A stretch of 64,000 nt of DNA from an uncultured Rhodospirillales bacterium (GTDB lineage: Bacteria; Pseudomonadota; Alphaproteobacteria; CAAGCB01; CAG-977): the NCBI GenBank assembly GCA_902777205.1, contig CACYSU010000004.1:4125-68124 (forward strand). Direction: 5' to 3'. The translations under genes and the position numbers were made by a program. Shown here in pieces: positions 1 to 9,337 of this stretch. Under the pieces are notes generated by a model. The model did no database searches, was not told the origin of the DNA, and worked only from the letters and a program-made list of their open reading frames with translations. Position 1 is the first letter of the stretch. Each line of letters starts with the position of its first letter.

Positions 1-18
1 GACTGATTTTTCAAACAT

Positions 19-41
19 CCCCCGCGCCGGTTTTGCGGGGG
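19..41. terminator. GC-rich hairpin CCCCCGC-N9-GCGGGGG, candidate bidirectional intrinsic terminator next to the HAD hydrolase stop
   Basis: Perfect 7-bp stem at 19-25 and 35-41. A T-rich tract follows on the + strand; the U tract on the - strand is weaker. Confidence 0.45.
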
Positions 42-51
42 ATGATTTTAT

Positions 52-660
52 TTAATCGACCGCGACGCCTTTGGCGCGCAAATCCGTTTCCAACTGTTCC
101 GGCGACAAAAACCGGATCGCTTGGAATCCGAGCCTTTCCGCCGTTTCGATGTTGCGCGGCGAATCATCAGTGAACACCGTTTGCGCCGGATCAATGCCGT
201 AACGTTCGATCAATATTTCAAACAGGCGCGGATCGGGTTTGATTTCCCTTTCGACGCCGGAAACGACGATCCCTTTGAACAGTTTGAAAAAATCGTGTTC
301 CGGATACGTCACGTCGAATTTTTCCGCCGACCAGTTCGTCAGCCCGTAAACCGGATATTTTTTCGCCAGCCGGCGCAGCAAATCGACGCTGCCCGCGATT
401 TCGCCCGCGCACATTTCGCGCCACCGCGTGTCGAACAGGGCGATCTGTTCCGCGTATTCGGGGTGCAACGCCGTCAATTCGGCCACGCCCTGTTTGAACG
501 GTTTGCCCTTGTCCATCTGTTCGTTCCATTCGGGCGCGCACACTTCGGTCAGGAAACGTTCCATTTCCGTTTCGCTTTGAAACACTTTTCTGTACAGATA
601 ACGCGGATTCCAATCAATCAGGACGCCGCCGAAATCGAATACGATTGTTTTAACCGCCAT
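52..660 (-). CDS. HAD-superfamily hydrolase (haloacid dehalogenase-like phosphatase)
   Basis: 202-aa ORF with an ATG start. N-terminal motif I FDFGGVL and C-terminal motif FTDDSPRN, typical of HAD subfamily IA. Confidence 0.85.
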   Translation of the reverse strand: MAVKTIVFDFGGVLIDWNPRYLYRKVFQSETEMERFLTEVCAPEWNEQMDKGKPFKQGVAELTALHPEYAEQIALFDTRWREMCAGEIAGSVDLLRRLAKKYPVYGLTNWSAEKFDVTYPEHDFFKLFKGIVVSGVEREIKPDPRLFEILIERYGIDPAQTVFTDDSPRNIETAERLGFQAIRFLSPEQLETDLRAKGVAVD

Positions 661-750
661 GCCGTTTTCCTTTCATCCGAAAACAATATACACCCGTTTG
701 GAAAATGTATATGATAAAGTGATTCCAATCAACAACCTCCGGCACCCGAT

Positions 751-1884
751 ATGATCGACCCGAAAAAACTGCCCCGTTTGAAACCGCAATCCCCCGCCGC
801 CGAAACACCGGCGGACGCGCCCGAAGAATCCCTGCTGTCCCAAGTGATCGGCGTTTTTTCCGGCCCGAAAGGCGTTTTGCTGTCCTGCGCCGCCGCGTTC
901 GCCATTTACGCCAGCGTCTGCCTGCAGGGCGAACGGCTGCTGAGGTCGGGAATTTACGCGGTGCTGAAAGAATTGGGCGACAACGGGTTCGGCATATCCT
1001 ACAGCGCGCCGTCGTCCAATCCGGCGTTCAAAAGCGGCGTGAATCTGGACGATCTGGTCATCACCGCGCCCGCGGAAATCGGCGGATGGACGTTAAAGGC
1101 GGGGCGGATCGGCGTGTCGTCGAATCCCTTTACGCCGCACACCGTGACGGTCAAAACGAACGGCACACATTCGCTGACGACCGGCGTCGTCGGCGACATC
1201 CGGCTGGTCGTCGGGCGGGGCGACGTGACGATCCGCCTGCCGTCGAAAAAAAATCCCCTGACCGTTTCCGCCGCGTTTAAAAACGTTCAGGCGGCGTCCC
1301 CGAAATCAATGCAGGGATTCGCGATCAACACCCTTTCCCTGAACGTCCGGCGCGACGGCGACGCGGCGCAGAAAAAGCCCGCTCCCCTTTCCTTTGATTT
1401 GGAAACGAACGGCCTCGGCCTGCCGGCCTATATGCGCCGGAACCTGCCGGCGAACGCCGAACTGCTGCGCCTGACCGGAACGGTGGAGGGATTGCCGGCC
1501 GAAACGAACGGCAAATCCGTTTGGACGGGGTGGACGGAAAACAGCGGCACAATCGAAATCAAGCGCGGGGAAATCATCTGGAAACCGTTTATGGCCGATT
1601 TTTCCGGCACGTTCGGATTCAACGCGGCGTTTGAACCCGCCGGTGCGGGCGTCGCCAAGGCTTACGGCCTGTTCAGCCTGCTGGATATGCTGGTCAGGGA
1701 CGACTATGTCCGCCCCAGCCGCGTTTCCGTCGCCAAAGTCGTTTTGGGCGAAAAGATGAAACGCGAAAGCGGCGAATCGCAGCCGTCCGTCACAACGCCG
1801 TTCAGCGTCCAATCCGGCAAAATCTACGCCGGACAGGTTTTGTTGTTCGATAAAAACGACGCGAGTCCTAATCCCGCGCCATAA
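751..1884 (+). CDS. Hypothetical membrane-anchored protein (possibly DUF2125-like)
   Basis: 377-aa ORF with an ATG start and one N-terminal TM helix (VLLSCAAAFAIYASVCL). Composition is protein-like and no catalytic motif is recognised. The family assignment is a guess. Confidence 0.6.
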   Translation: MIDPKKLPRLKPQSPAAETPADAPEESLLSQVIGVFSGPKGVLLSCAAAFAIYASVCLQGERLLRSGIYAVLKELGDNGFGISYSAPSSNPAFKSGVNLDDLVITAPAEIGGWTLKAGRIGVSSNPFTPHTVTVKTNGTHSLTTGVVGDIRLVVGRGDVTIRLPSKKNPLTVSAAFKNVQAASPKSMQGFAINTLSLNVRRDGDAAQKKPAPLSFDLETNGLGLPAYMRRNLPANAELLRLTGTVEGLPAETNGKSVWTGWTENSGTIEIKRGEIIWKPFMADFSGTFGFNAAFEPAGAGVAKAYGLFSLLDMLVRDDYVRPSRVSVAKVVLGEKMKRESGESQPSVTTPFSVQSGKIYAGQVLLFDKNDASPNPAP

Positions 1885-2965
1885 AATCCTTTAACGCCGC
1901 CAGCAACGCTTTCACTTCGTCCTCGTTGCCGATCGTCATGCGCAGCGCGTCCGGCAAACCGTAGGACGCGACGCGGCGCACGATGATGCCGCGGCTTTGC
2001 AGAAATTCGTCCGCCCGTTCGGCCGTTTTGCCCGTTTTCGGGAAATGCGCCAGAACAAAGTTCGCCGCCGACGGCGTGACGGTCAGTCCGACATCCGTCA
2101 ATTCGCGCGTCAGGATCTCGCGCCATTTTTTGTTATGCTCGAACGATTTTTTCACGAACGCCCTGTCTCGGACGGCCGCGACGCCCGCCGCCTGCGCGAC
2201 GGCGTTGACGTTGAACGGCCCGCGGATGCGGTTCAAAACGTCCGTGATTTCCTGCGAAGCGTAGCTCCACCCCAAACGGACGCCGCCCAACCCGTAGATT
2301 TTGGAAAACGTCCGCAGCATCACGACGTTCGGGAATTCGTCAACCAGCCCCGCGCCCGCGTCGTAGTCCGCCGAATCGACGAATTCGGCATAAGCCGCGT
2401 CCAAAACGATGACGATGTTTTCCGGCAGCCGGCGGCACAGCCGCGCGATTTCGTCCCGCGTCAGAAAAGTTCCGGTCGGGTTTCCGGGGTTGGCGATGAA
2501 AATCATTCTGGTTTTCGGCGTGACCACTTTCAATATCGCGTCCGTGTCCACCCTGAAATCCCGTTCGGGGACAGTGACGGGCTGCGCCCCGCAGCCGACG
2601 GCGTAAAGGCGGTACATCAAAAACGCGTACTGCGTGATGACGACCTCGTCGTGTTCGCGCAGATAGGCGTGGCACAGCAGGCCGATCAGTTCGTCCGACC
2701 CGTTGCCGCAAACGATCCGGTTCGCGTCCAATCCGTGCGTTTCGGCGATCGCGGCGCGCAGGGCGACGGAACCGCCGTCGGGATAGCGGAACAGGTCTTC
2801 CGCGGCGTTTTTGCACGCTTCGACCGCGGCGGGGTTCGTGCCGAACGCGCCTTCGTTCGACGACAGCTTGATCACCTTGTCCATGCCTTTGACGGCCGAC
2901 GCGCCGCCGACATAGGGTTTCAGGGACATCACGCTTAAATGGGCGCAAACGGGATAGTTTTTCAT
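1868..2965 (-). CDS. hisC: Histidinol-phosphate aminotransferase
   Basis: Class II aminotransferase motifs: LSSNEG, CGNGSDELI, IANPGNPTG and the PLP-lysine context RTFSKIYGLGGVRLGW. The ORF track starts at a TTG (2974); the first ATG is at 2965, with GAGGA upstream. Confidence 0.9.
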   Translation of the reverse strand: MKNYPVCAHLSVMSLKPYVGGASAVKGMDKVIKLSSNEGAFGTNPAAVEACKNAAEDLFRYPDGGSVALRAAIAETHGLDANRIVCGNGSDELIGLLCHAYLREHDEVVITQYAFLMYRLYAVGCGAQPVTVPERDFRVDTDAILKVVTPKTRMIFIANPGNPTGTFLTRDEIARLCRRLPENIVIVLDAAYAEFVDSADYDAGAGLVDEFPNVVMLRTFSKIYGLGGVRLGWSYASQEITDVLNRIRGPFNVNAVAQAAGVAAVRDRAFVKKSFEHNKKWREILTRELTDVGLTVTPSAANFVLAHFPKTGKTAERADEFLQSRGIIVRRVASYGLPDALRMTIGNEDEVKALLAALKDFMARD

Positions 2966-2980
2966 CGCTTTCAAATTCCT

Positions 2981-3832
2981 CTATGACAATTCGACGGGAT
3001 GGCCGCCGATCACGCGCAGCATGGTGATTTTGCCGTTTTCCTTGTCAATCAGGGCGCCCAGCCGTTCGTCCTGATCGGACAAATAGCCCTCGACCTCGAA
3101 CAGATAGGCTTTGCGCATCATGTCGGGCGTGTAAGAATCGCAAATCGCGTTGACGGGAACGCCCGCGGATTTCAACAGCAGATCCAGCGTGCTGAGGCTG
3201 ATCGTCCCGTCCGTTTCCGCCACCAGCAGGGTTTTGTCCTCGCCCGTCGGTTCAAAGGGCAGCTTGCTCAGCGCGTAGGCGGAACGCCCGTCGCCGCGGC
3301 CGTTCGCCGAGCCGGTCAGGGGCAGTTTCAAAAACACGCTGACGGAGCGTTTGTATTCCTGCGCCAAAGCGTACCACCAGCACGCCTGTTTGTCGTCGTG
3401 CAGGGACAACAAAGCGATGTTCGCTTCGCCCTGCGTCAATTCCTTCAGCACCAGATTGACCGACCGGCACGGCAGCACCGGCGTGAACGCGCCGAAATAA
3501 TTGCGGGCGATTTCCAGACACCCCGTCCCGCGTTCCGGCATGAACACCGCCACGGTCATGGGCGATTGCAGATTGACGCACGCGCTGATGATTTCGCGCC
3601 ACACGCGGACGACCGTTTCCCTGTCCAGCGCGCCTTTGTGCCGGCGCCACAGGCGGCGCAGAATCTCGATTTCGCGTTTCGGCCGCAAAGCGAAGGCGGG
3701 CGGTTGGTTCGATCCGGATTTCACGCGTCCGACCTGTTCGACCAAAGCCGCGCGTTTCATCAACAGATCATGCATCTGATCGTCAACGGCGTCGATTTGC
3801 GCGCGCAGTCCGTCCAAAGTTTCCCCTTGCAT
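2981..3832 (-). CDS. Chorismate mutase family protein (N-terminal CM type 2 domain plus a C-terminal domain of unclear function)
   Basis: N-terminus LRAQIDAVDDQMHDLLMKRAALVEQVGRVK and RPKREIEILRRL match the AroQ-type chorismate mutase helix pattern. Sits directly upstream of hisC, as in many Alphaproteobacteria. The ATG at 3832 is preferred over the TTG at 3835. Confidence 0.75.
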   Translation of the reverse strand: MQGETLDGLRAQIDAVDDQMHDLLMKRAALVEQVGRVKSGSNQPPAFALRPKREIEILRRLWRRHKGALDRETVVRVWREIISACVNLQSPMTVAVFMPERGTGCLEIARNYFGAFTPVLPCRSVNLVLKELTQGEANIALLSLHDDKQACWWYALAQEYKRSVSVFLKLPLTGSANGRGDGRSAYALSKLPFEPTGEDKTLLVAETDGTISLSTLDLLLKSAGVPVNAICDSYTPDMMRKAYLFEVEGYLSDQDERLGALIDKENGKITMLRVIGGHPVELS

Positions 3833-3925
3833 CAAAATCGCCCTTTCGCTTAATTAAAATATGGAATTCACTTTTACACCGCTCGCGGTCAAAAAGCTTT
3901 AAATTTTTTTTCAAGGATCGAAAAA

Positions 3926-4261
3926 ATGCAGAAGATATCGCCGGAAGAATTCTTTCAAACCGTCCGTTACAACGCCGACGGGCTGGTTCCCGTCATCGCC
4001 CAGCAATACGACACGGGCGAAGTGCTGATGATGGCGTGGGCGAACGAAACGGCGCTGCGGGAAACGGTCGAAACGGGGCGGATGTGCTATTTTTCACGTT
4101 CCCGCCAACGCCTGTGGCGCAAAGGCGAAACGTCCGGCCACGTTCAGGCGTTGAAAGAGCTGAGAATCGACTGCGACGGCGACACGCTGCTGGCGTTGAT
4201 CGACCAGACGGGCGCGGCGTGCCACACCGGCAGCCGTTCGTGCTTTTACCGTTCGATTTGA
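3926..4261 (+). CDS. hisI: Phosphoribosyl-AMP cyclohydrolase
   Basis: 111 aa with [30 protein letters not shown] and CDGDTLL...CHTG motifs. Confidence 0.92.
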   Translation: MQKISPEEFFQTVRYNADGLVPVIAQQYDTGEVLMMAWANETALRETVETGRMCYFSRSRQRLWRKGETSGHVQALKELRIDCDGDTLLALIDQTGAACHTGSRSCFYRSI

Positions 4262-4298
4262 AAAAAGCCCCGTCGAACCGGCGGAGCTTTTAAAGGTT

Positions 4299-4742
4299 TT
4301 ATTTCTTCGCTTTGTCTTTCGTCCGCGGGGAAACCGTAAAGGATACGACCGTCCCGTTGACCATGTCGGGTTCCAGTTGAACCGTCGCCACGCGGTCGCC
4401 GTTCGTAAACGACAGAACGCTGACCTTCGACCGCACGACCGTCACTTCGTTCCAACCGAATTTCGGCATTTCAGACATATAAAAGTCAAACATCGCGTTC
4501 AACGTGTATGGCGCGGAAAACACCAGCCGCCCGATCCACGCGCTCGACCCGCCCAGCAGCAGCGTCGATTTCAAATCCATCGTCGCCTTTTCCGGAATGG
4601 GGATGTCGTTGAACTGCGCGAAGCTGGGCGAACTGCCGTTCGTCCCGTCCGCGTCCGAACGGTACATCGTTTCACCGCCGGCGCACCCCGTCAAAACGGG
4701 CGCGGCCGCCAAACACATCAAAGAAAACAACAGTTTTTTCAT
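4299..4742 (-). CDS. Lipoprotein of unknown function
   Basis: MKKLLFSLMCLAAAPVLTGC signal peptide with a lipobox (LTGC). The ATG at 4742 is preferred over the upstream ATG at 4775. Confidence 0.7.
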   Translation of the reverse strand: MKKLLFSLMCLAAAPVLTGCAGGETMYRSDADGTNGSSPSFAQFNDIPIPEKATMDLKSTLLLGGSSAWIGRLVFSAPYTLNAMFDFYMSEMPKFGWNEVTVVRSKVSVLSFTNGDRVATVQLEPDMVNGTVVSFTVSPRTKDKAKK

Positions 4743-4876
4743 CGTCGGTCTTTCCTGAAAAACATTCGGGGTCATTTTAGGAACGGAATGTTAAAAACAC
4801 CTTAAAATCCCTTTGACTTTATCATCCCGCCCTATATGATAGCCGAAACCAATCTGAAAATGTCGGGGATATTGAA

Positions 4877-6520
4877 ATGACAAAGTTTATTTTCATCACG
4901 GGCGGCGTTGTGTCTTCTTTGGGCAAAGGGATGGCTTCCGCCGCTTTGGGCGCGCTGCTGCAGGCCAGAGGGTACAAAGTCCGCAACCGCAAAATGGATC
5001 CGTACCTGAACATCGACCCCGGCACGATGTCGCCGTACCAGCACGGCGAAGTGTTCGTCACCGACGACGGCGCGGAAACCGATCTGGATTTGGGGCATTA
5101 CGAACGTTTCACCAACGTGCCGTGCCACAAAACGGACTCCGTTTCCGGCGGACGCATTTACTATAACGTGCTGATGAAAGAACGGCACGGCGAATATCTG
5201 GGCGCGACCGTTCAGGCGATCCCCCACGTCACCGACGAAATCAAACGTTTCATCGAATCCGACCTGCATGACGAAGATTTCGTCCTCTACGAAATCGGCG
5301 GCACTGTCGGCGATATCGAAGGCACCCTGTTTTTGGAAGCGATCCGCCAGTTCGCGATCACGGCGGGACGCGAAAACTGCCTGTTTCTGCATTTGACGCT
5401 GCTGCCCTACATCCCGACGGCGGGCGAATTGAAAACCAAACCGACGCAGCATTCGGTCAAACAGCTGTTGGAAACGGGGATTCAGCCCGATGTCCTGCTG
5501 TGCCGTTCGCAAATGATGCTGTCGGATTCGGAACGCCGGAAAATCGGCCTGTTCTGCAACATCGCGCCCGAAGACGTGATCATCGCGTTGGACGCCGACA
5601 GCATTTACAAAATCCCTCTGCAATATCACGAACAGGGGCTTGACCGCCAGATTTTGAAACATTTCGGAATGTTGGAAAACGCGCCCGCGCCCGATTTGGA
5701 AAAATGGAAAGTCATCATCGGCACGATCGGCGCGTGGGAACACGAAACGACGATCGCCGTCGTCGGCAAATACTGCGGCCTGCCCGACGCGTACAAATCG
5801 CTGAACGAAGCGTTGTTCCACGCGGGAATCGCCCATAAAACCAAAGTCCGCGTCAAATGGATCGAATCGGACACGCTGGAAACGATGACGCCCGAACAGG
5901 TCGATCAGGCGTTCGCGGGGATTCAGGGCATCCTCGTCCCCGGCGGATTCGGCAACCGCGGGGTCGAAGGCAAAATGATCGCCGAACGCTATGCCCGCGA
6001 AAAGAAAATTCCGTTCTTCGGCATTTGTCTGGGGATGCAGACCGCGGTGATCGAAGCCGCGCGCCACCTGCTGGGCATCAAGGACGCCAATTCGACCGAA
6101 TTCACCAAAAACTGCACGCCCGTCGTCGCGCTGATGACCGAATGGGAACAGGACGGCAAAAAACAGATCCGCGACGAAAACACGGATGTCGGCGGAACGA
6201 TGCGTCTGGGCGCATACCCGTGCAAGCTGAAATCCGGTTCTCTGGCGTCGAAGCTATACGACGGCGCGGACGTGATTCACGAACGCCACCGCCACCGCTA
6301 CGAAGTCAGTATGCCCGTCGCCCGCCGGTTGGAGGAAAAAGGCCTGATCGTGTCGGGAACTTCGCCCGACGGATTGCTGCCCGAAATCGTCGAATTGAAA
6401 GACCACCCGTTCTTTATCGCGGTGCAGTTCCACCCCGAATTCAAATCCCGCGCGTTTCAGGCGCACCCGATTTTCAAAGGTTTCATCGCCGCGGCGTTGA
6501 AACAGAACACGCTGATCTGA
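4877..6520 (+). CDS. pyrG: CTP synthase
   Basis: 547 aa. [19 protein letters not shown]-terminus and the glutamine amidotransferase motif GICLGMQ, with HRHRYE near the C-terminus. Confidence 0.97.
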   Translation: MTKFIFITGGVVSSLGKGMASAALGALLQARGYKVRNRKMDPYLNIDPGTMSPYQHGEVFVTDDGAETDLDLGHYERFTNVPCHKTDSVSGGRIYYNVLMKERHGEYLGATVQAIPHVTDEIKRFIESDLHDEDFVLYEIGGTVGDIEGTLFLEAIRQFAITAGRENCLFLHLTLLPYIPTAGELKTKPTQHSVKQLLETGIQPDVLLCRSQMMLSDSERRKIGLFCNIAPEDVIIALDADSIYKIPLQYHEQGLDRQILKHFGMLENAPAPDLEKWKVIIGTIGAWEHETTIAVVGKYCGLPDAYKSLNEALFHAGIAHKTKVRVKWIESDTLETMTPEQVDQAFAGIQGILVPGGFGNRGVEGKMIAERYAREKKIPFFGICLGMQTAVIEAARHLLGIKDANSTEFTKNCTPVVALMTEWEQDGKKQIRDENTDVGGTMRLGAYPCKLKSGSLASKLYDGADVIHERHRHRYEVSMPVARRLEEKGLIVSGTSPDGLLPEIVELKDHPFFIAVQFHPEFKSRAFQAHPIFKGFIAAALKQNTLI

Positions 6521-6533
6521 CCCGCGTTTTGCC

Positions 6534-7403
6534 ATGAAAGGGCTTTCCATGACCAAGCTTGGACGTATCAAATCCGTCTGCTCCGCCGTTTTGCGGGTTG
6601 TCGCGTTTTACGCGCTGATGGCGGGATTGTGGTTTTTGCTGACCCCGCTGATGGTCGAACTGTATATCAGCACCCCGTTCGCCGTGTTTGCCGGATGCGG
6701 ATTTTTTCTGTTTCTGTTTATGACCAGAACGGCGGGTTGCCTGATTTTCATGCCCAAAAGCCGGCTGAAAGCCATATTGCGCGACGGCGAATTGTCGCCG
6801 ACCGCGTCGCAAATCGTCCTGCGGCTGTTTTCGTGGCCGTTTTTGAAACGGGTGACGATGTATTTCGTCCTGTTTCTGGCGGAATTCTGCCTGCGCGTCG
6901 TTTTGATCAACGCGTTTTTGCTGTTTGTCAACGCGACGCTGGCGTTTTGGGCGAACCTCAGTATGCGGTCGATTTTCGCGACAAACGCCCTGCTGTTCAT
7001 CGCGGCGGGCGTCGTTATGGAATTGCCGGTTTGGGCGGCGTTTTACAAACTGTCGTTCAAAGGGCGGCCGAACCGTTCGCGCGAATACCGTTTCGGTTTG
7101 AAACTGTCCGCTTTCGTCGTGTTGTTTCTGGTCATGCACTTCGCCCTGTTTTTCAAGCTGTCGCCCGTGTTTCCGACAAAGGGCGGCGAAGCGTTCCGCT
7201 TCCTGCTGTCCGCGGTTCTGGGCACCGGTTTGTGGTGGCTGATGTACCGGTGCGAACGCCTGCGTTTCAAATGCCCCCTGTGCCGCCAAGCGCGGGAAGA
7301 GAAGGAATTGCGCGAATCGTTCCATGACGCGGAAAAGGTCGCCGAAACGATCATCGAAATCGAAGCGTCCGCCCCCGCGGCGCCGGACGGAAAGACGGAA
7401 TAG
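6534..7403 (+). CDS. Polytopic membrane protein of unknown function
   Basis: 289-aa ORF with about 6 hydrophobic segments, a CPLC motif and an acidic C-terminal tail. Followed by a clear terminator. Confidence 0.6.
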   Translation: MKGLSMTKLGRIKSVCSAVLRVVAFYALMAGLWFLLTPLMVELYISTPFAVFAGCGFFLFLFMTRTAGCLIFMPKSRLKAILRDGELSPTASQIVLRLFSWPFLKRVTMYFVLFLAEFCLRVVLINAFLLFVNATLAFWANLSMRSIFATNALLFIAAGVVMELPVWAAFYKLSFKGRPNRSREYRFGLKLSAFVVLFLVMHFALFFKLSPVFPTKGGEAFRFLLSAVLGTGLWWLMYRCERLRFKCPLCRQAREEKELRESFHDAEKVAETIIEIEASAPAAPDGKTE

Positions 7404-7409
7404 GAAAAG

Positions 7410-7439
7410 GCGGCTTTGGCGTCAAAGCCGCTTTTTTTT
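7410..7439 (+). terminator. Intrinsic terminator
   Basis: GCGGCTTT-N6-AAAGCCGC stem followed by T8. Confidence 0.75.
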
Positions 7440-7530
7440 GCGCCCGCGCCCGAAAAAAAGGTGTGAAAATCCCGTCAAAAAGGGTATAACGAATCCCGTA
7501 ATTCAATTTTCTTACTGGAGTAAGCATTCA

Positions 7531-8235
7531 ATGACTTGTTCTTATATGTGTTCGCACGAAGTGCAAGAGATGTGCCCCGTGACCAAAGGCGCACGTCACG
7601 ATCCCGCCCCGATTCCCGAAGAAGGCAAATGGGTTAAATCGAAACAGATCTCCGACGTTTCCGGTTTGACGCACGGCGTCGGCGCCTGCGCCCCGCAGCA
7701 GGGTACCTGCAAACTGACCCTGAACGTCAAAGAAGGCGTGATCCGCGAAGCTTTGGTCGAAACGATCGGCTGTTCGGGCATGACGCACTCCGCGGCCATG
7801 GCTGCCGAAGTTTTGCCGGGCAAAACGATTTTGGAAGCTTTGAACACGGACTTGGTCTGCGACGCGATCAACGTCGCGATGCGCGAACTGTTTCTGCAGA
7901 TCGTTTACGGCCGCACGCAGTCGGCTTTCTCCGACAACGGGCTGCCCGTCGGCGCGGGATTGGAAGATTTGGGCAAAGGTCTGCGTTCGCAGGTCGGCAC
8001 GATGTATTCCACCGAACCCAAAGGCGTCCGCTATCTGGAAATGGCCGAAGGCTATGTTCTGGCCGAAGGTCTGGACGACAACGGCGAAGTCATCGGCTAT
8101 AAAACCGTCAATCTGGGCAAGATGATGGAAGCCATCAAAAAAGGCGTCGATCCGAAAGAAGCGTTTGAAAAGAACGTTTCGACCAAAGGCCGTTTCGACG
8201 AAGCCGTCAAAGTTATCGACCCGCGCAAAGAATAA
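7531..8235 (+). CDS. NifU/IscU-like Fe-S scaffold-domain protein (partner of the GGGtGRT protein)
   Basis: Conserved Cys contexts GVGACAP, GTCKL and TIGCSGMTHSAAMAAE resemble the NifU N-terminal domain. The ATG at 7531 lies downstream of the terminator, so the 7324 ORF-track start is rejected. Confidence 0.7.
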   Translation: MTCSYMCSHEVQEMCPVTKGARHDPAPIPEEGKWVKSKQISDVSGLTHGVGACAPQQGTCKLTLNVKEGVIREALVETIGCSGMTHSAAMAAEVLPGKTILEALNTDLVCDAINVAMRELFLQIVYGRTQSAFSDNGLPVGAGLEDLGKGLRSQVGTMYSTEPKGVRYLEMAEGYVLAEGLDDNGEVIGYKTVNLGKMMEAIKKGVDPKEAFEKNVSTKGRFDEAVKVIDPRKE

Positions 8236-8246
8236 GGAGTTTGAAA

Positions 8247-9242
8247 ATGAGTCTTTTTGAAGGTTATGAACGCCGCATTGCGCAGATTGAAAAATGCTGC
8301 AAGGAATACGGCATCGCCAATATCGAAGAAGCCGACAAAATCTGCAAAGACAAAGGCATCGACGTTGCCGCCATCGTCAAAGGCATTCAGCCGATCTGTT
8401 TTGAAAACGCGTGCTGGGCTTATACGCTGGGTGCCGCCGTCGCGATCAAAAGCGGCGCGAAAGACGCCGCCGAAGCCGCCGAAAAAATCGGCGTCGGCCT
8501 GCAGGCGTTCTGCATCCCCGGTTCCGTCGCGGATCAGCGCAAAGTCGGTTTGGGACACGGCAATCTGGGCGCCATGCTGCTGAGCGAAAGCACCAAATGC
8601 TTCTGCTTTTTGGCGGGTCACGAATCCTTTGCCGCGGCCGAAGGCGCGATCGGCATCGCGTTGACGGCGAACAAAGTCCGCAAAGAACCCCTGCGCGTCA
8701 TTTTGAACGGCTTGGGCAAAGACGCGGCCTACATCATTTCCCGCATCAACGGCTTTACGTCGGTTGAAACGGAATACGATTACAAAACGGGCGAACTGAA
8801 AGTCGTTTCCGAACGCGCTTTCTCCAAAGGCGACCGCGCGAAAGTCAAATGCTACGGCGCGGACGACGTGTCCGAAGGCGTCGCGATCATGATCAAAGAA
8901 GGCGTTGACGTGTCCATCACGGGCAACTCGACCAACCCGACGCGCTTCCAGCACCCCGTCGCCGGCACCTACAAAAAGTGGGCGATCGAAAACGGCAAGA
9001 AATACTTCTCCGTCGCTTCGGGCGGCGGCACGGGCCGCACCCTGCATCCGGACAACGTTGCGGCGGGTCCCGCGTCCTACGGTATGACGGACACGATGGG
9101 CCGTATGCACGGCGACGCGCAGTTCGCGGGTTCCTCGTCCGTTCCGGCGCACGTCGAAATGATGGGCTTGATCGGTATGGGCAACAACCCGATGGTCGGC
9201 GCGACCGTCGCGGTCGCCGTCGCGGTTTCGCAGGCGAAATAA
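8247..9242 (+). CDS. GGGtGRT family protein (uncharacterised conserved family)
   Basis: Literal signature SGGGTGRTLHPDN present, and the roughly 331-aa length fits the family. AAGGAG SD lies 7 nt upstream of the ATG at 8247. Confidence 0.85.
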   Translation: MSLFEGYERRIAQIEKCCKEYGIANIEEADKICKDKGIDVAAIVKGIQPICFENACWAYTLGAAVAIKSGAKDAAEAAEKIGVGLQAFCIPGSVADQRKVGLGHGNLGAMLLSESTKCFCFLAGHESFAAAEGAIGIALTANKVRKEPLRVILNGLGKDAAYIISRINGFTSVETEYDYKTGELKVVSERAFSKGDRAKVKCYGADDVSEGVAIMIKEGVDVSITGNSTNPTRFQHPVAGTYKKWAIENGKKYFSVASGGGTGRTLHPDNVAAGPASYGMTDTMGRMHGDAQFAGSSSVPAHVEMMGLIGMGNNPMVGATVAVAVAVSQAK

Positions 9243-9263
9243 GCCCTTTAACGGCAAAGAAAA

Positions 9264-9288
9264 AGGCTTCCTTCGGGAAGCCTTTTTT
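9264..9288 (+). terminator. Intrinsic terminator
   Basis: AGGCTTCC-TTCG-GGAAGCCT stem-loop followed by a T run. Confidence 0.85.
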
Positions 9289-9337
9289 ATTTATAATGGC
9301 AACCGCCTTTTTATTAAAACCGCTCAAAGGGACTGAA

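Noticed and set aside
4832-6067. Long antisense ORFs opposite well-supported genes. Examples: 4832-6067(-) opposite pyrG, 8097-9257(-) opposite the GGGtGRT gene, 16804-18471(-) opposite ettA, 29173-31167(-) opposite the Lon-like gene, 38984-40756(+) and 40871-42649(+) opposite the pepN paralogs, 33230-34837(+) opposite the T4CP gene, and 56414-58165(-) opposite the acidic repeat gene.
   Set aside because: Their translations are Arg/Gly/Asp/Val/Phe-rich low-complexity strings, typical of stop-poor antisense frames in high-GC DNA. They have no recognisable motifs, and the opposite strand encodes proteins with clear family signatures.
7324-7530. N-terminal extensions suggested by the ORF track: 7324-7530 for the NifU-like gene, 8978-9337 for dgt, 26191-26913 for the EEP gene, 43940-44410 for mutY, 12581-12658 for the B3/4 gene and 13952-14014 for lemA.
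   Set aside because: The extensions run through upstream terminators or through the coding sequence of neighbouring genes and encode Arg/Lys/Pro-rich junk. Internal ATG codons with SD sequences coincide with the start of family-typical N-termini.
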